Below are positions 53,860 through 64,000 of a stretch of 64,000 bases of DNA, in pieces; positions within the stretch are counted from its first letter, which is position 1; each line of letters begins with the position of its first letter. Both the position numbers and the translations under genes were made by a program. The stretch comes from Clostridia bacterium (GTDB lineage: Bacteria; Bacillota; Clostridia; UMGS1883). Location of the stretch: positions 1 through 64,000 of the forward strand of contig JBJDXJ010000011.1 of assembly GCA_051866635.1 (NCBI GenBank), read 5' to 3'. A model generated the notes under the pieces. It was not told the origin of the DNA. It ran no database searches and saw only the letters and a list, made by a program, of their open reading frames with translations.

Positions 53860-54789
53860 TTAATTTTCGTACAAATCTCCCTGATACACATTCAAATCCA
53901 CAAAGTGCTTGTCAATACCGCCCAAAACGGAAATTTTATCAAGACTCCACAATGGTGCTATTAAACTTTCACGTTTACCGTCACCTGTAACACGTTCAAT
54001 AACACATTCTTCTTTGAAATAGCGTATCTGGTTTACTGTAATATCAATATATTCCTCTTTATCAAGGGGCATTAAAAGCCCTTTTTTATACTCCTCTTCA
54101 CACTTTGTACCACCCAGTATATGAAGAAGGTGTATTTTAATCCCATCGGGGTCCATTCTGCTAAGGACTCTGGCTGTGTTTATCATATCTTCCCTCGTTT
54201 CGCCAATAAGCCCGTTTATTATGTGTACCACCACCCTTATATTACGCTTTTTAAGTTCGTTAAATGAATTTTCAAAAACTTTAAAGTCATACCCACGGTT
54301 AATTCTTTCTGCTGTCACATCACTTACTGTCTGGAGTCCTAATTCCACCGTAAGATAGGTTCTTCTGTTTATTTCTTCGAGATAATCTAAAACACCCTCC
54401 GGCAGACAGTCGGCACGTGTTGCAATGCTCATTCCTACCACAGAAGGATGACTTAGTGCTTCCTCATACTTTTCTTTTAAAACAGATAAAGGTGCAAAGG
54501 TGTTGGTATTTGCCTGAAAATAGGCTATCAGCTTTTTGTCGCCCTTTTTCTCAAAAATTCGCACTCTTTCCTTTTCAAGTTGCTCGGTTATACTGCCCTG
54601 TGATGTAAATTCACCGCTTCCCTTTTTGCAAAAGCTGCATCCCCCCGCATTAATGTTAGGGCAGGAAAAGCCCCCGTCTATAACCGCCTTAAAAACAGAC
54701 TCTGAAAACATTGTTTTCAAATGATAATTCATGGTGTGATAGCGTTTATTATCAAAAGAGTATTTAAACAAAATATCTCCCCTGTTCAT
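53860..54789 (-). CDS. TIGR01212 family radical SAM protein
   Basis: GFSCPN...GGCSFC, YFQANTNT, ATRADC, ELGLQT, HIINGL, GIKIHLLH. Confidence 0.9.
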   Translation of the reverse strand: MNRGDILFKYSFDNKRYHTMNYHLKTMFSESVFKAVIDGGFSCPNINAGGCSFCKKGSGEFTSQGSITEQLEKERVRIFEKKGDKKLIAYFQANTNTFAPLSVLKEKYEEALSHPSVVGMSIATRADCLPEGVLDYLEEINRRTYLTVELGLQTVSDVTAERINRGYDFKVFENSFNELKKRNIRVVVHIINGLIGETREDMINTARVLSRMDPDGIKIHLLHILGGTKCEEEYKKGLLMPLDKEEYIDITVNQIRYFKEECVIERVTGDGKRESLIAPLWSLDKISVLGGIDKHFVDLNVYQGDLYEN

Positions 54790-55790
54790 TATTGAATATG
54801 TTCTTCAAATGTTTTTGTAAATACATGACTTCCGTCATTTTTCTCTTTGTCTGTATGATAATACAGATATTCATGATTTTCGGGGTTACATGCCGCCTTT
54901 ATTGCCTGTATGCTGGGGTTACATATGGGACCTATGGGAAGTGCACTTATTCTGTAAGTATTATAAGGTGAATCGACCTCAAGATGGCTGTACAAAATCC
55001 TGTTCACATCATATAAGCCGTCGCTTACAACATACTGAACGCTGGCGTCAATTTCCAATCTCTGTCCCTTTTTAAGGCGATTATAAATAACACCTGATAT
55101 AGTAGGCATTTCCCGCTCCAAAAGTGCTTCACGCTCAATTAAAGAAGCAATTGTCACTATTTCATACAAACTCTTGTCTGTCTTAAGGTTTGCGTTTTCC
55201 CATTCCTTCATGAACTGATCAAGCATTTTTTCAATAATTTCATGGGCTGTAGCATCTGTAAAAAACTCATAGGTTTCAGGGTACAAAAAGCCCTGAAGAT
55301 TGTATCTTACGCCGTCTACCTTCGGTAAATCAAAAGAGTAATCATCATTTAAAGCATTTAAAAATTCTTCACTTGTGCAAAGGTTTAATTCCTCACACCT
55401 TTTAGCAATCTGTTCCACGCTGAAGCCTTCGGGAACGGTAAGCCTTACAGTTTCCCTATATGCATACTGACCTGCCAAAGCATCAACAATATCGGGAATA
55501 CACATACCCTTATGAAGATTAAATGTGCCGTAATTCATCTTGTTTCCGTTGTCGGAAAGCTTTGCTCTTACTTTAAAAATGTTTACACTTTTTATAAGGT
55601 CTGCCTCCTTTAAGATTTTGCCAATGGTAGCAGTTGTAGCACCCTGTGGAATTTCCACCGTTATACTTTCACCATCAGAAGAAGTATTTGCGGTCATTTC
55701 CTTCACATAAGGCATCCCAAAAATGATAGCAACACATAACAGTATTACCACAATAATCATTTTTCCGGAATTCTTTTTCTTTTTCGTCAT
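54789..55790 (-). CDS. mltG: Endolytic transglycosylase MltG
   Basis: N-terminal TM anchor, VPEG, GFLYPETY, IASLIERE, SPYNTY..LPIGPICNP. Start at ATG 55790. Confidence 0.92.
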   Translation of the reverse strand: MTKKKKNSGKMIIVVILLCVAIIFGMPYVKEMTANTSSDGESITVEIPQGATTATIGKILKEADLIKSVNIFKVRAKLSDNGNKMNYGTFNLHKGMCIPDIVDALAGQYAYRETVRLTVPEGFSVEQIAKRCEELNLCTSEEFLNALNDDYSFDLPKVDGVRYNLQGFLYPETYEFFTDATAHEIIEKMLDQFMKEWENANLKTDKSLYEIVTIASLIEREALLEREMPTISGVIYNRLKKGQRLEIDASVQYVVSDGLYDVNRILYSHLEVDSPYNTYRISALPIGPICNPSIQAIKAACNPENHEYLYYHTDKEKNDGSHVFTKTFEEHIQ

Positions 55791-55897
55791 AATTCTACCC
55801 CTTTCGCCTTTTATTGTAGCATAAAGAAGAATAAATTTCAATCATATTTCCCCTAAAGACACATAAACTATACAAAAACCTTTGGGAGGAATTTATC

Positions 55898-57397
55898 ATG
55901 GAATGTTCATATAAGGAAATGGAGTACAGCAATGTCTGTTTTTGTGAAAGTGACAATTGCTTCTGCGACACAAGCTTAATTGTTCCCGACTCTAAAAACG
56001 ATATTGCAAAAATCATAAATGTCAAGGCAACAGCTTGCATTACAAATTCAAAAGCTGAGGAAGGCAGAATTCAAATATCAGGCACAGTTAAGTTCAACAT
56101 CTTATACATAGGTGAGTCAGACAATGTACCCCTTTGTGCAATGGAACAAACTGTCCCATTTTCACACGTTTTAATGTCCGAAAATGTTACAAGTGACTTT
56201 GTAACTGTCTCTTCAATCGGCACTGTCACACCCGGGTTCACCCTTATAAACAGCCGTAAAATTAAAGTCAATGCAAATATACGCCTTTTTGCAAAGGCAT
56301 ATCGCCACAACCGTATAAACATACTGACCAATGCCGAAAACGCCCAGACAAGAACAACGGACGTTACATTTGACTGTGCAAAGGTCATTTGCAAAAAAAA
56401 TGTTTCCGTTATTTCAAGTGCCGATATTCCTGCGGGGAAAAATGCAATTTCTTCAATTTTACGTCACAGCGAACGAATTACCGACAGCGAATATAAAGTT
56501 TTAAACAACAAAACCATTATAAAGGGAAATATACTCCTTTCACTTTTATATTTATCAGACAGCGAAATATGCGAATGTGCAATTTCTCTGCCCTTTACGG
56601 AAGTAGTGGAAGCCGAAGGCTTATCGCCCAATTATGAAACACAGGTAAAAATATCAATAGACGACTGTGATGTATCTGCCGATACTGACCTTTCCGGTGA
56701 ATACAAAATGATAGATGCTACCACCATTTTATCCGTATCCATAGTGTCGTTTATGAAAACCTCTGTCCCCATCGTAACAGACATATACCTTCCCCGAGGA
56801 GGTATAAAAACAGAAAAAACCGCCGTAACACCATCCTTTACAGCGGAAAAAACAAATGAGGAAGAATACATAAAAGAAAATATTACAATAAATAACCTTA
56901 ACTTTCCCCAAAGCCGCATAGTGGACCTTTTTATTCAACCGGGTTCACCAACCTTTGAAAACGAAGATTTATCCGTTGTAACAATACCAATTGAAGTTAC
57001 GGTTCTTTACACTTTGGAAAATAGCCTGAATTCCCACACGGCAAAAATTCAGGCAACCCACAAATTTTCTAACCCTACAACAGGCAACGTAACAGCAGAA
57101 CTAAATCATTCAAGCTATACTATTTCAGGCAATAATGGGATAGAAGTAAGATTGTCATTAAACCTTTCTGCAAGTTCCTTTAACCAAAACCAAATACAGG
57201 TATATTCCTTCTGCGAAGAAATGCCATACACTATGCCAAAGAGAGCATCTGTTATTATATCATTTGTCCGTGCCGGAGACACATTGTGGGACATTGCCAA
57301 AGCATATAACATTCCCTTATCGGATTTGGCAATGGCAAACGCCTTAAAGGAGGACGCCATTTTAACTGTGGGGCAGAAACTTTTAATACCAAGATAG
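55898..57397 (+). CDS. SPOCS (DUF3794) repeat plus LysM spore coat protein (SipL-like)
   Basis: VPDSKNDI.KI, repeated G..LY..PF segments, C-terminal LysM GDTLWDIAKAY...GQKLLIP. Confidence 0.85.
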   Translation: MECSYKEMEYSNVCFCESDNCFCDTSLIVPDSKNDIAKIINVKATACITNSKAEEGRIQISGTVKFNILYIGESDNVPLCAMEQTVPFSHVLMSENVTSDFVTVSSIGTVTPGFTLINSRKIKVNANIRLFAKAYRHNRINILTNAENAQTRTTDVTFDCAKVICKKNVSVISSADIPAGKNAISSILRHSERITDSEYKVLNNKTIIKGNILLSLLYLSDSEICECAISLPFTEVVEAEGLSPNYETQVKISIDDCDVSADTDLSGEYKMIDATTILSVSIVSFMKTSVPIVTDIYLPRGGIKTEKTAVTPSFTAEKTNEEEYIKENITINNLNFPQSRIVDLFIQPGSPTFENEDLSVVTIPIEVTVLYTLENSLNSHTAKIQATHKFSNPTTGNVTAELNHSSYTISGNNGIEVRLSLNLSASSFNQNQIQVYSFCEEMPYTMPKRASVIISFVRAGDTLWDIAKAYNIPLSDLAMANALKEDAILTVGQKLLIPR

Positions 57398-57442
57398 GCT
57401 AAATTTATGAAAATATAATTTAAAGGATTTTTCAGTATACAG

Positions 57443-57674
57443 ACAAACAGACAGTCGAAAAACTAAATAGCCTCCCTCTGACGAGGGAGGTGGCACGGGA
57501 AAGCCGTGGCGGAGGGAGAGACAATGTTACAGTTTTGCTCCTTTTTACGGTAAAAAAGGAACAATTCATCTTCTCTCCCCCAGTCAGCTTTGCTGACAGC
57601 CCCCTCGTCAGAGGGGGCCAAAGGGCTTTTTCGACACGCTCAAACAAACAGACAGTCCTTTGACTGTCTGTTTG
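57443..57674. repeat. Clostridial REP/MITE-like palindromic element inserted into a bidirectional terminator
   Basis: GCCTCCCTCTGACGAGGGAGG (57470-57490) with inverted partner CCCCCTCGTCAGAGGGGGC (57600-57618); GTCGAAAAA/TTTTTCGAC ends; 14-bp direct repeat ACAAACAGACAGTC at 57443 and 57644; terminator stem 57644-57674. Confidence 0.75.
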
Positions 57675-57689
57675 TCTTGGAGGAATTAT

Positions 57690-60600
57690 TTATTGCGGCA
57701 TTGAAAACTTAAATGTTACGCCACCGTTTTCATTATAATGAACATCCGATATATTTGCACGAACTTTGCTGTTATTATTGTTAATTCTTACAAATTCATC
57801 CCAATAACTCATTATCTTAACAGGGTATTCAAAGTTATCTGTTACGGGCGTTACAGTAATTGTATAACTTTCATCGCCGTTATCAATACTTGTAACATCA
57901 AAGAACACCTCGCCCGTGTATGCACCGTTACCTTCCGTTCTTGCAGTAACTGAACCCTGTGAATCAAGAGTAAGCCTTACGCCTACCATATTTACATATG
58001 CATTAAGCACATCATATAAGCCGTAGCTTTCTCCTACTACGTAATCATCAAGACCGTTTTTACCGTTTTTCAATAAGCCTGATGCCACATAGTAAACACT
58101 TCGTGTTATGCTTTGTGTGCTGTAAACAATCTTTTCCGTGCCGTCAGCATATTTAACCTTTACAAAAGGTGTAGCTGTATAATTACGGTTATAGTTGTTT
58201 TTACCCAGGTTTGTGATTGCAACAGTAAAGACTTCATCACTTTGCCAGCTATTTGCCAAAACAATTGATGATTTATCGCTTCCTTCGGCGGTAATCTTCA
58301 TGCCGTAGGCAACTGCTTCACCGTCACCGATACTACTTCTGTCAACTGATGCCAAAAATCTGAGACCGTTTCCTGTACTGATTTTTCCTTCTGCATCAAT
58401 TCCTCCACTGTAGCGTACCTGTGCACCGTCTACCATTGTAACATTCATCAAAGCACTTGTGATAATCTCGCCACCGGTTACATTGTATTTACCGGCATTG
58501 ACAAATGTTTCATTTCCTTCCCCATCTCTCAAGTAGTAACCTAACACATCATCAGGAAGTGAACATGTTCCGTCACCATTGTCACTGCCAAGGGTAATTG
58601 TACCGTTTGTCTGAACTTTTTCACCGTCAACCGTTACGGTAACACTCTTAGCAAGTATCACTTTTCCGTCCACCAATGTTACCTGAAGGTCGTTATAGCT
58701 TTGGTCGCATATATCCCCTTCATCATAGCTGAGATTTACGGGAATATTTTCTGTAGCACTATCAGAAACTTTAAATCTTACTGTAAATGCTGTGCCTGTG
58801 CCTGTTACATCTGAAGGATTTGACCAGAATACTGAAACAGCTTTCAGTTTAGATAAATCTCCGCCCTGATCAAGATTGCTTGTCATAGTACCTGTTGCAA
58901 GTACGCTGCCTTTTGTCACAGATACAGGTGTCAAAAGTGTTTTGTCATAGTTCAGTTTAAGTTTGAAGCCTGCAACACCGTCATTTTCAGTTATCGTAAC
59001 AGGAATATCAACATATCCGTCAACAGCACTTGCCTCGCCAGCTTCAAATGTTATCTTACCTGCCTCCACACTGAGAAGATTCATCAGTTCAACATCCCAA
59101 TCTGCAAGATACTGACTAAGCTTTACGCCATCCTTTGTGTTGATCTTGTTGTCAACATAGATATCTGCTGACTTTCGTTCGTATGCAGACAGTTCGATAT
59201 CCCAGTCTGCAAGATACTGACCAAGTCTTACGCTGTCTTTTGTGTTTACCTTACCGTCAGCGTAAACATCGCCTATCATATAATTTATAACATCCAGACT
59301 TCCGTTCACAACAGCAAGTGCAACATCATCATAATCCTGATTTGTAATATCGCCTTCTTCATAGGTTATAGATATTGGATATGTTCCATCCTCTGCATTA
59401 TTGTTTACAGTAAATGTTACATTTAAAATTTCGCCGTTGTCTGTCACATTTGCAGGGTTTGACCAGAACGCAGATACATAATTCAAGGTTGACAAATCTC
59501 CGCCCTGCTGAACATTGCTGGTGAGCGTGCCTGTGGTAAGTACACTGCCCTTCACCACCGAAACAGGAGTAAGTACGCTCTTGTCATAAGTAAGCCTGAA
59601 TTTAAAGCCTGCAATACCGGGGTTGTTTGCAATGGAAATGGGGACAGTTACAGTCTCGCCTGCTTTTGCTGTAATGTTACCTACCGTTAAATTTGCTCTT
59701 TCATCCTCAGGTATTAATCCAATATCTTCCTCATCCCAATTGTATTCATACTCAAAAACTGAAATCTGGCTGATATTATCATCGTCATCCACTGCAAAAG
59801 TATAAACTGTTGCACCTGCGTATATCTCAATGGGTTCCGTGTACAAAGCAATTTTTTCAACAGTAATTGGTTCATTCTCTATGTATTCAACATATTCGCT
59901 ATCACTATTTGAATTTTCGCTTATTTCTTCACTCATTAAGGATACTTCTTCCCCTTCATCAACTGTGAGCATCTGGACAAAGCTTCTCGCATCCTGGTCA
60001 GTTATAGCTTCATCAATGATATAATATATTCTGTTGTCTGTATCTGCTGTTTCCAATTCTGCCATAAATGTGCCATAAGCATCAATTGTGGGGATACTGA
60101 TTGTTGGTGCATTGACATATACTGTCTGTGGCATATAAGGATATACTGTCATATCACTTGTAACATTCCACCATTTGTTATGTGTCAAATCCCAAGAGCA
60201 CAATATACCGTCAACTTCAACAAACTCGGGCAATTCAGCCGAATCACCATAATCAACCACTTGTTCGCTTATAACATTACCATCAAAGTCACAGAAAGTA
60301 ACAGTGTAAGTTACTGTATTCCACATAGCTGTAATAACCATGCTGTTAGTTGCAAATGTTTCCTCGTCTTCCGACAATAAATCCCATCCCATAAATTCTT
60401 TGCCATCAACATTTTCAACAACGGGGGCAATAATAGGTTCACCATAAGCTACTTCTTGTATTTCAACAGTTTCGTTTTCATGGTCAACAAATACTACTGA
60501 ATATACTTCCTTTTCAAATACAGCTGTTACGGATGTGTTCTTTTTTATGTCAACTACAGACTTATTCCACTTAACAAACCTGTATCCGTCTTTTTCAGGT

Positions 60601-63600
60601 ATGCCAACTTCGTTAACATCTACACCTCCGCCATATTCAACATACTGCGTATCGCCAAACTGTACACCGTCCTCTGAATAGAAGACTACTTCATATGTAG
60701 GTGCGGGTGCTTTTATAACATCAACGTTTACGAGTCTTTCACAACCTTCAACGGATAATGTGACTATATAGTCACCTGTGTTAACATAATCAATTTCTTC
60801 CTTTGGGTTAACAGTAAAGGTATAGGAATTATTTTCACCTATTGTTATCTGGTCTACATACTGAAGTTGCTCCTGAGTGGGGTCAGTATTGGTCTTTTTA
60901 TAAACCATTATTGTTGCCACTCTGTTTGACAAATCACTGTCAAAGCCTGTCAAAATACCATTAAATTCATATTTTGCCAATGTCTGTTCTTCAAGGGTAC
61001 TGTCATTACTTGGGTCATACCCCGGATAATTGTCATAATAATTTCTATAACGATATACTATACGTGACTCTACCTGTCTGTCGCCTGATGCAGTATAAAT
61101 GGTATCGCTCCAATCGCTCCAGTCACCCCATTTCCAGAAATAGTAAGTATAATATGTATCTCTGTAACGGTACATATTGTATCCGCCGCCTGTTTGGACT
61201 TCTCTTGTCCAAGGTCCGGGACCTCCGTATGTCGTGCCGTCACAAATAAGCCACCTGTTAAAGGGGTACCCAAAATCATAACCGCTACCGCCATATTGGT
61301 CTATACCACCACTATATCTGTTCCAAGGCAGATGACTGTCAACCCATATTTCTGCAAAATAAGGATGTGATGAACTGTAATGTGTCCAAGGTGCACTTGA
61401 ACCCTTGTAATATGTAAAGTAGTGATACTGGGTTTTATAAGTTGCAGGTTCCCAGTAGGATTCCACTTCACGCCATTGTGCATCATTTTTAAACGCACTT
61501 ACATATGTTTGTGACCAGTTGCTCCAATTTCCTACCGAAGCTGTCGTATTATAGTGGTTCCATCCGCCCAGTGTGCTTGTATTACTTGTGGTGTACTGCT
61601 TGTCAACATAGCGGTACTGAGTTTTTGTTTCAACTTGTGTTCTGTCTGATTCAACCACACTTGTTGTATCCCATTCACTCCAAGCTGCCCAATATCCACT
61701 CGTGTCAGGGAACTCAATATCTTCGCAACATGCCATTTCTGACACTGCACCACCGGTCAAGTCATTCTTAACTTGTACCATAACGGCAGAAACCTTTGAT
61801 ATTTTATTCACATAATTCAGCTGGACACTATCTGTTATGGACTCGCCGATTTCAAAAGCATCCATATCCACATCTTTTGTCTGGGTGTATATCATTCTGC
61901 CATCGGCAGTATAAAGTGACACAATAAGTCTTGCCTGTGTTCCGCTTAAATTATTATTAGTATACTGCAGATTAACAGTATATGACGTACATTTTTCATC
62001 ACGGCTTACACCTGTTATTTTAACTACTGTAGGTAAATTCTCATTTCCCCAAGTGTAGGAAGTATACAGTTTCATATTTCCTTCAACATATGTGTAGTCG
62101 TAACCTGTGCTTACCGCACTGTCAACATTCCACCCTGCCAATGTGTATCCTGTAGGATATTCAAAATCCGTAGGTGGTACAGCACTTTCCGTATACATCA
62201 CATCCTGAGTATTGCCTAACTGATACTTTGAAGACTTATCCTCACCGTAACTGTGCCAGAATTCTACAGTATAGTAGTTAATTTCATACAATGCATAAAC
62301 CGTTACATCTTCCGTTGCGGGATAGTACAACCCTTCGCTATAACCTGCAAAGGTAAATCCCTTTTTGGATGGTGTGGAAGGTTTTGAAGGCTTTGTACCG
62401 TAGTCAATTTTCTGAACTGAAATCATATTTCCTTCAATAAGCTGTGCATCATCTCCGTCGTGGTTGTTAACATTTTGCTGTATTTTATTGACAACTTCAT
62501 CTGTTACTCCGTTTTCGCGCACAATTTTATCAACCGTTGTAACTGTTACAGGATGCATTGCAGTAACTTTTACGCTGTTGCTGTCATTACTTTTTCCCTT
62601 AAAGTTATTTGCAACAACTTTTATTGTATATTCAAGATTTTCTGCGTCGTTTTTTTCGTCAAGAGCAAAAGATGCTGAAGATCCTGCTGTTGTAACAGAT
62701 TTTACTTCTTTGCCATCTTTTATAAGGTACGCAGTATAACCTGTTGCTCTGTCAGTTTTGTTCCATGACACACTTACCATTCCACCCTGAGCAATCTTAT
62801 CACCTGTATCCAGTTTAATAACGGGTGCGTCGGGCACAGTTATGTTAACATACTTTTCAGAAACATCACTATTAACGCATCCGTAAGATGCACCTATCGC
62901 CCTTATTGTTTTACTGTTATTAACATATATGGGTCCAGCATATACACTACTATCCTTTGTAGGAACGGAGCCATCATCAGTATAATATATAGTTCCATCA
63001 CCGGATATTACAACCCTCGCTCCGTCCTCACCATATATAACATCTCCTATATAAGGTGCATTTACTTTTTTCACACTTACAGCCTTATATACATCTACAC
63101 TTTTTGTATATCCGTTTTTTGTAGTCCAAGCAGTGATATTGTAAGTACCCTCTGATGTAAAATTCTCTGTCACACTACCGTAGCCAGTCTTTTCACTTCC
63201 GCCGTTAACAGTATAGTGAATCAATACGGAAGAATCGCTACAAGATATAACCGCACGCTGACCTGTACCTGTAATTGAACTTGTTATTGAAGGTTTCGTT
63301 GCAACTAATTCACCACCAACAACAGCAGTAAATACCTTTTCATGACATTGAGTATTCCCCACACCATTAGTTGCCTCAATCTTCAAACAATAAGTACCGG
63401 ATTTTTTTATATAATTAAATTTTATTGCTTTATCAAGTGCACTTCCCTTAAAAGCATAATAGATCGTGCCGACATTTGAATTAAAAGAAGCAATCACTTC
63501 ACCGGTATCTGTGTTTGTTAAACTTGCTTTGATATTTTTTATTGGACTTTCTGACCTTGCATATCCCTCTATCGAAAAACTCTTCGGTACAAAACTATCA

Positions 63601-64000
63601 CCGGGACATTTTATAATTTCAACATATACATTTTTATCATTTACTTCTGTTGGGGAATCGGATAAATCCAGATATAAACTTTCATCATATACATAATTTA
63701 TAGAATAGGATTTTTTTCCCGACGCTTTTGTTGAATATGTATGCCATGAACTATCAAACGGCATCGGATTCAAAGCATTATTCATATCAAAATGCAAATG
63801 AGGACCTGTGCTGTTACCGGTATTACCGACCAACCCAATTGGTGTCCCCTGTTCTACCCATACTTTATTTTCGGTTAAAACCTTGGACAAGTGTAAATAT
63901 CTTGTTTTGTATTGACCGTGATCAATTATTACATGGTTTCCGCAACCATCATTATATTTATTATTATCTATCGCAGTTGTTACATATCCACTTTTAGAAG
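57690..64000 (-). CDS. Giant extracellular multidomain protein: M23 peptidase, Ig/Fn3-like, InlB B-type repeats, WSxW region, cohesin-dockerin-cohesin, C-terminal unknown domain (5' part outside window)
   Basis: The frame stays open to the window edge (GNHVIIDHGQYKTRYLHLS...GNTGNSTGPHLHF, M23). Also YYTDDGS.P, P.K.GY.F..W repeats, two similar cohesins and duplicated GDVYADGKVNTKD/ADIYVDNKINTKD dockerin loops. Confidence 0.85.
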   Translation of the reverse strand, partial: SKSGYVTTAIDNNKYNDGCGNHVIIDHGQYKTRYLHLSKVLTENKVWVEQGTPIGLVGNTGNSTGPHLHFDMNNALNPMPFDSSWHTYSTKASGKKSYSINYVYDESLYLDLSDSPTEVNDKNVYVEIIKCPGDSFVPKSFSIEGYARSESPIKNIKASLTNTDTGEVIASFNSNVGTIYYAFKGSALDKAIKFNYIKKSGTYCLKIEATNGVGNTQCHEKVFTAVVGGELVATKPSITSSITGTGQRAVISCSDSSVLIHYTVNGGSEKTGYGSVTENFTSEGTYNITAWTTKNGYTKSVDVYKAVSVKKVNAPYIGDVIYGEDGARVVISGDGTIYYTDDGSVPTKDSSVYAGPIYVNNSKTIRAIGASYGCVNSDVSEKYVNITVPDAPVIKLDTGDKIAQGGMVSVSWNKTDRATGYTAYLIKDGKEVKSVTTAGSSASFALDEKNDAENLEYTIKVVANNFKGKSNDSNSVKVTAMHPVTVTTVDKIVRENGVTDEVVNKIQQNVNNHDGDDAQLIEGNMISVQKIDYGTKPSKPSTPSKKGFTFAGYSEGLYYPATEDVTVYALYEINYYTVEFWHSYGEDKSSKYQLGNTQDVMYTESAVPPTDFEYPTGYTLAGWNVDSAVSTGYDYTYVEGNMKLYTSYTWGNENLPTVVKITGVSRDEKCTSYTVNLQYTNNNLSGTQARLIVSLYTADGRMIYTQTKDVDMDAFEIGESITDSVQLNYVNKISKVSAVMVQVKNDLTGGAVSEMACCEDIEFPDTSGYWAAWSEWDTTSVVESDRTQVETKTQYRYVDKQYTTSNTSTLGGWNHYNTTASVGNWSNWSQTYVSAFKNDAQWREVESYWEPATYKTQYHYFTYYKGSSAPWTHYSSSHPYFAEIWVDSHLPWNRYSGGIDQYGGSGYDFGYPFNRWLICDGTTYGGPGPWTREVQTGGGYNMYRYRDTYYTYYFWKWGDWSDWSDTIYTASGDRQVESRIVYRYRNYYDNYPGYDPSNDSTLEEQTLAKYEFNGILTGFDSDLSNRVATIMVYKKTNTDPTQEQLQYVDQITIGENNSYTFTVNPKEEIDYVNTGDYIVTLSVEGCERLVNVDVIKAPAPTYEVVFYSEDGVQFGDTQYVEYGGGVDVNEVGIPEKDGYRFVKWNKSVVDIKKNTSVTAVFEKEVYSVVFVDHENETVEIQEVAYGEPIIAPVVENVDGKEFMGWDLLSEDEETFATNSMVITAMWNTVTYTVTFCDFDGNVISEQVVDYGDSAELPEFVEVDGILCSWDLTHNKWWNVTSDMTVYPYMPQTVYVNAPTISIPTIDAYGTFMAELETADTDNRIYYIIDEAITDQDARSFVQMLTVDEGEEVSLMSEEISENSNSDSEYVEYIENEPITVEKIALYTEPIEIYAGATVYTFAVDDDDNISQISVFEYEYNWDEEDIGLIPEDERANLTVGNITAKAGETVTVPISIANNPGIAGFKFRLTYDKSVLTPVSVVKGSVLTTGTLTSNVQQGGDLSTLNYVSAFWSNPANVTDNGEILNVTFTVNNNAEDGTYPISITYEEGDITNQDYDDVALAVVNGSLDVINYMIGDVYADGKVNTKDSVRLGQYLADWDIELSAYERKSADIYVDNKINTKDGVKLSQYLADWDVELMNLLSVEAGKITFEAGEASAVDGYVDIPVTITENDGVAGFKLKLNYDKTLLTPVSVTKGSVLATGTMTSNLDQGGDLSKLKAVSVFWSNPSDVTGTGTAFTVRFKVSDSATENIPVNLSYDEGDICDQSYNDLQVTLVDGKVILAKSVTVTVDGEKVQTNGTITLGSDNGDGTCSLPDDVLGYYLRDGEGNETFVNAGKYNVTGGEIITSALMNVTMVDGAQVRYSGGIDAEGKISTGNGLRFLASVDRSSIGDGEAVAYGMKITAEGSDKSSIVLANSWQSDEVFTVAITNLGKNNYNRNYTATPFVKVKYADGTEKIVYSTQSITRSVYYVASGLLKNGKNGLDDYVVGESYGLYDVLNAYVNMVGVRLTLDSQGSVTARTEGNGAYTGEVFFDVTSIDNGDESYTITVTPVTDNFEYPVKIMSYWDEFVRINNNNSKVRANISDVHYNENGGVTFKFSMPQ

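Noticed and set aside
63888-63890. Start codon of the giant protein at 63890
   Set aside because: It falls inside the M23 domain; the frame stays open to the window edge.

Overview
Low-GC Firmicute chromosome (Clostridia-like, probably a spore former given a SipL-type coat gene). From left to right: a sulfur/redox module (CoA-disulfide reductase-like gene cut by the window edge, rhodanese, thioredoxin stub, Crp/Fnr, DUF134-NifB/NifX), ppdK, a serine-less ACP-like gene and a secreted GH30 enzyme. Next is a complete 5.46-kb IS1595-family cargo transposon (terminal IRs, target duplication) carrying a Type II R-M pair and an unknown nuclease gene. It is followed by a TetM/EF-G-like GTPase fused to a NYN/YacP RNase, TetR, glgB and two transporters. 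A ~29-kb nitrogen supercluster (21871-51143) follows: purC-purA-purB-guaA-pyrG-purF-carA-carB-dapF-dapL, GSIII-amt::glnK-asnB, a split glutamate synthase, a degenerate GSI-like gene, a pseudo-receiver ANTAR gene and lysA. All three of its promoters begin with ANTAR-type RNA hairpins coupled to terminators, and an Asn T-box precedes asnB. The right end holds GH51, bioY, a radical SAM enzyme, mltG, a SipL-like gene, two structured REP/MITE-like elements and a giant M23/cohesin-dockerin-cohesin surface protein. Best novel-system candidates: a kinase-less 'pseudo-GS + pseudo-receiver ANTAR' nitrogen sensor controlling the whole cluster, and the defence-cargo IS1595 element. No CRISPR array, rRNA or tRNA was seen. 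All calls are from motif reading; no searches were run.
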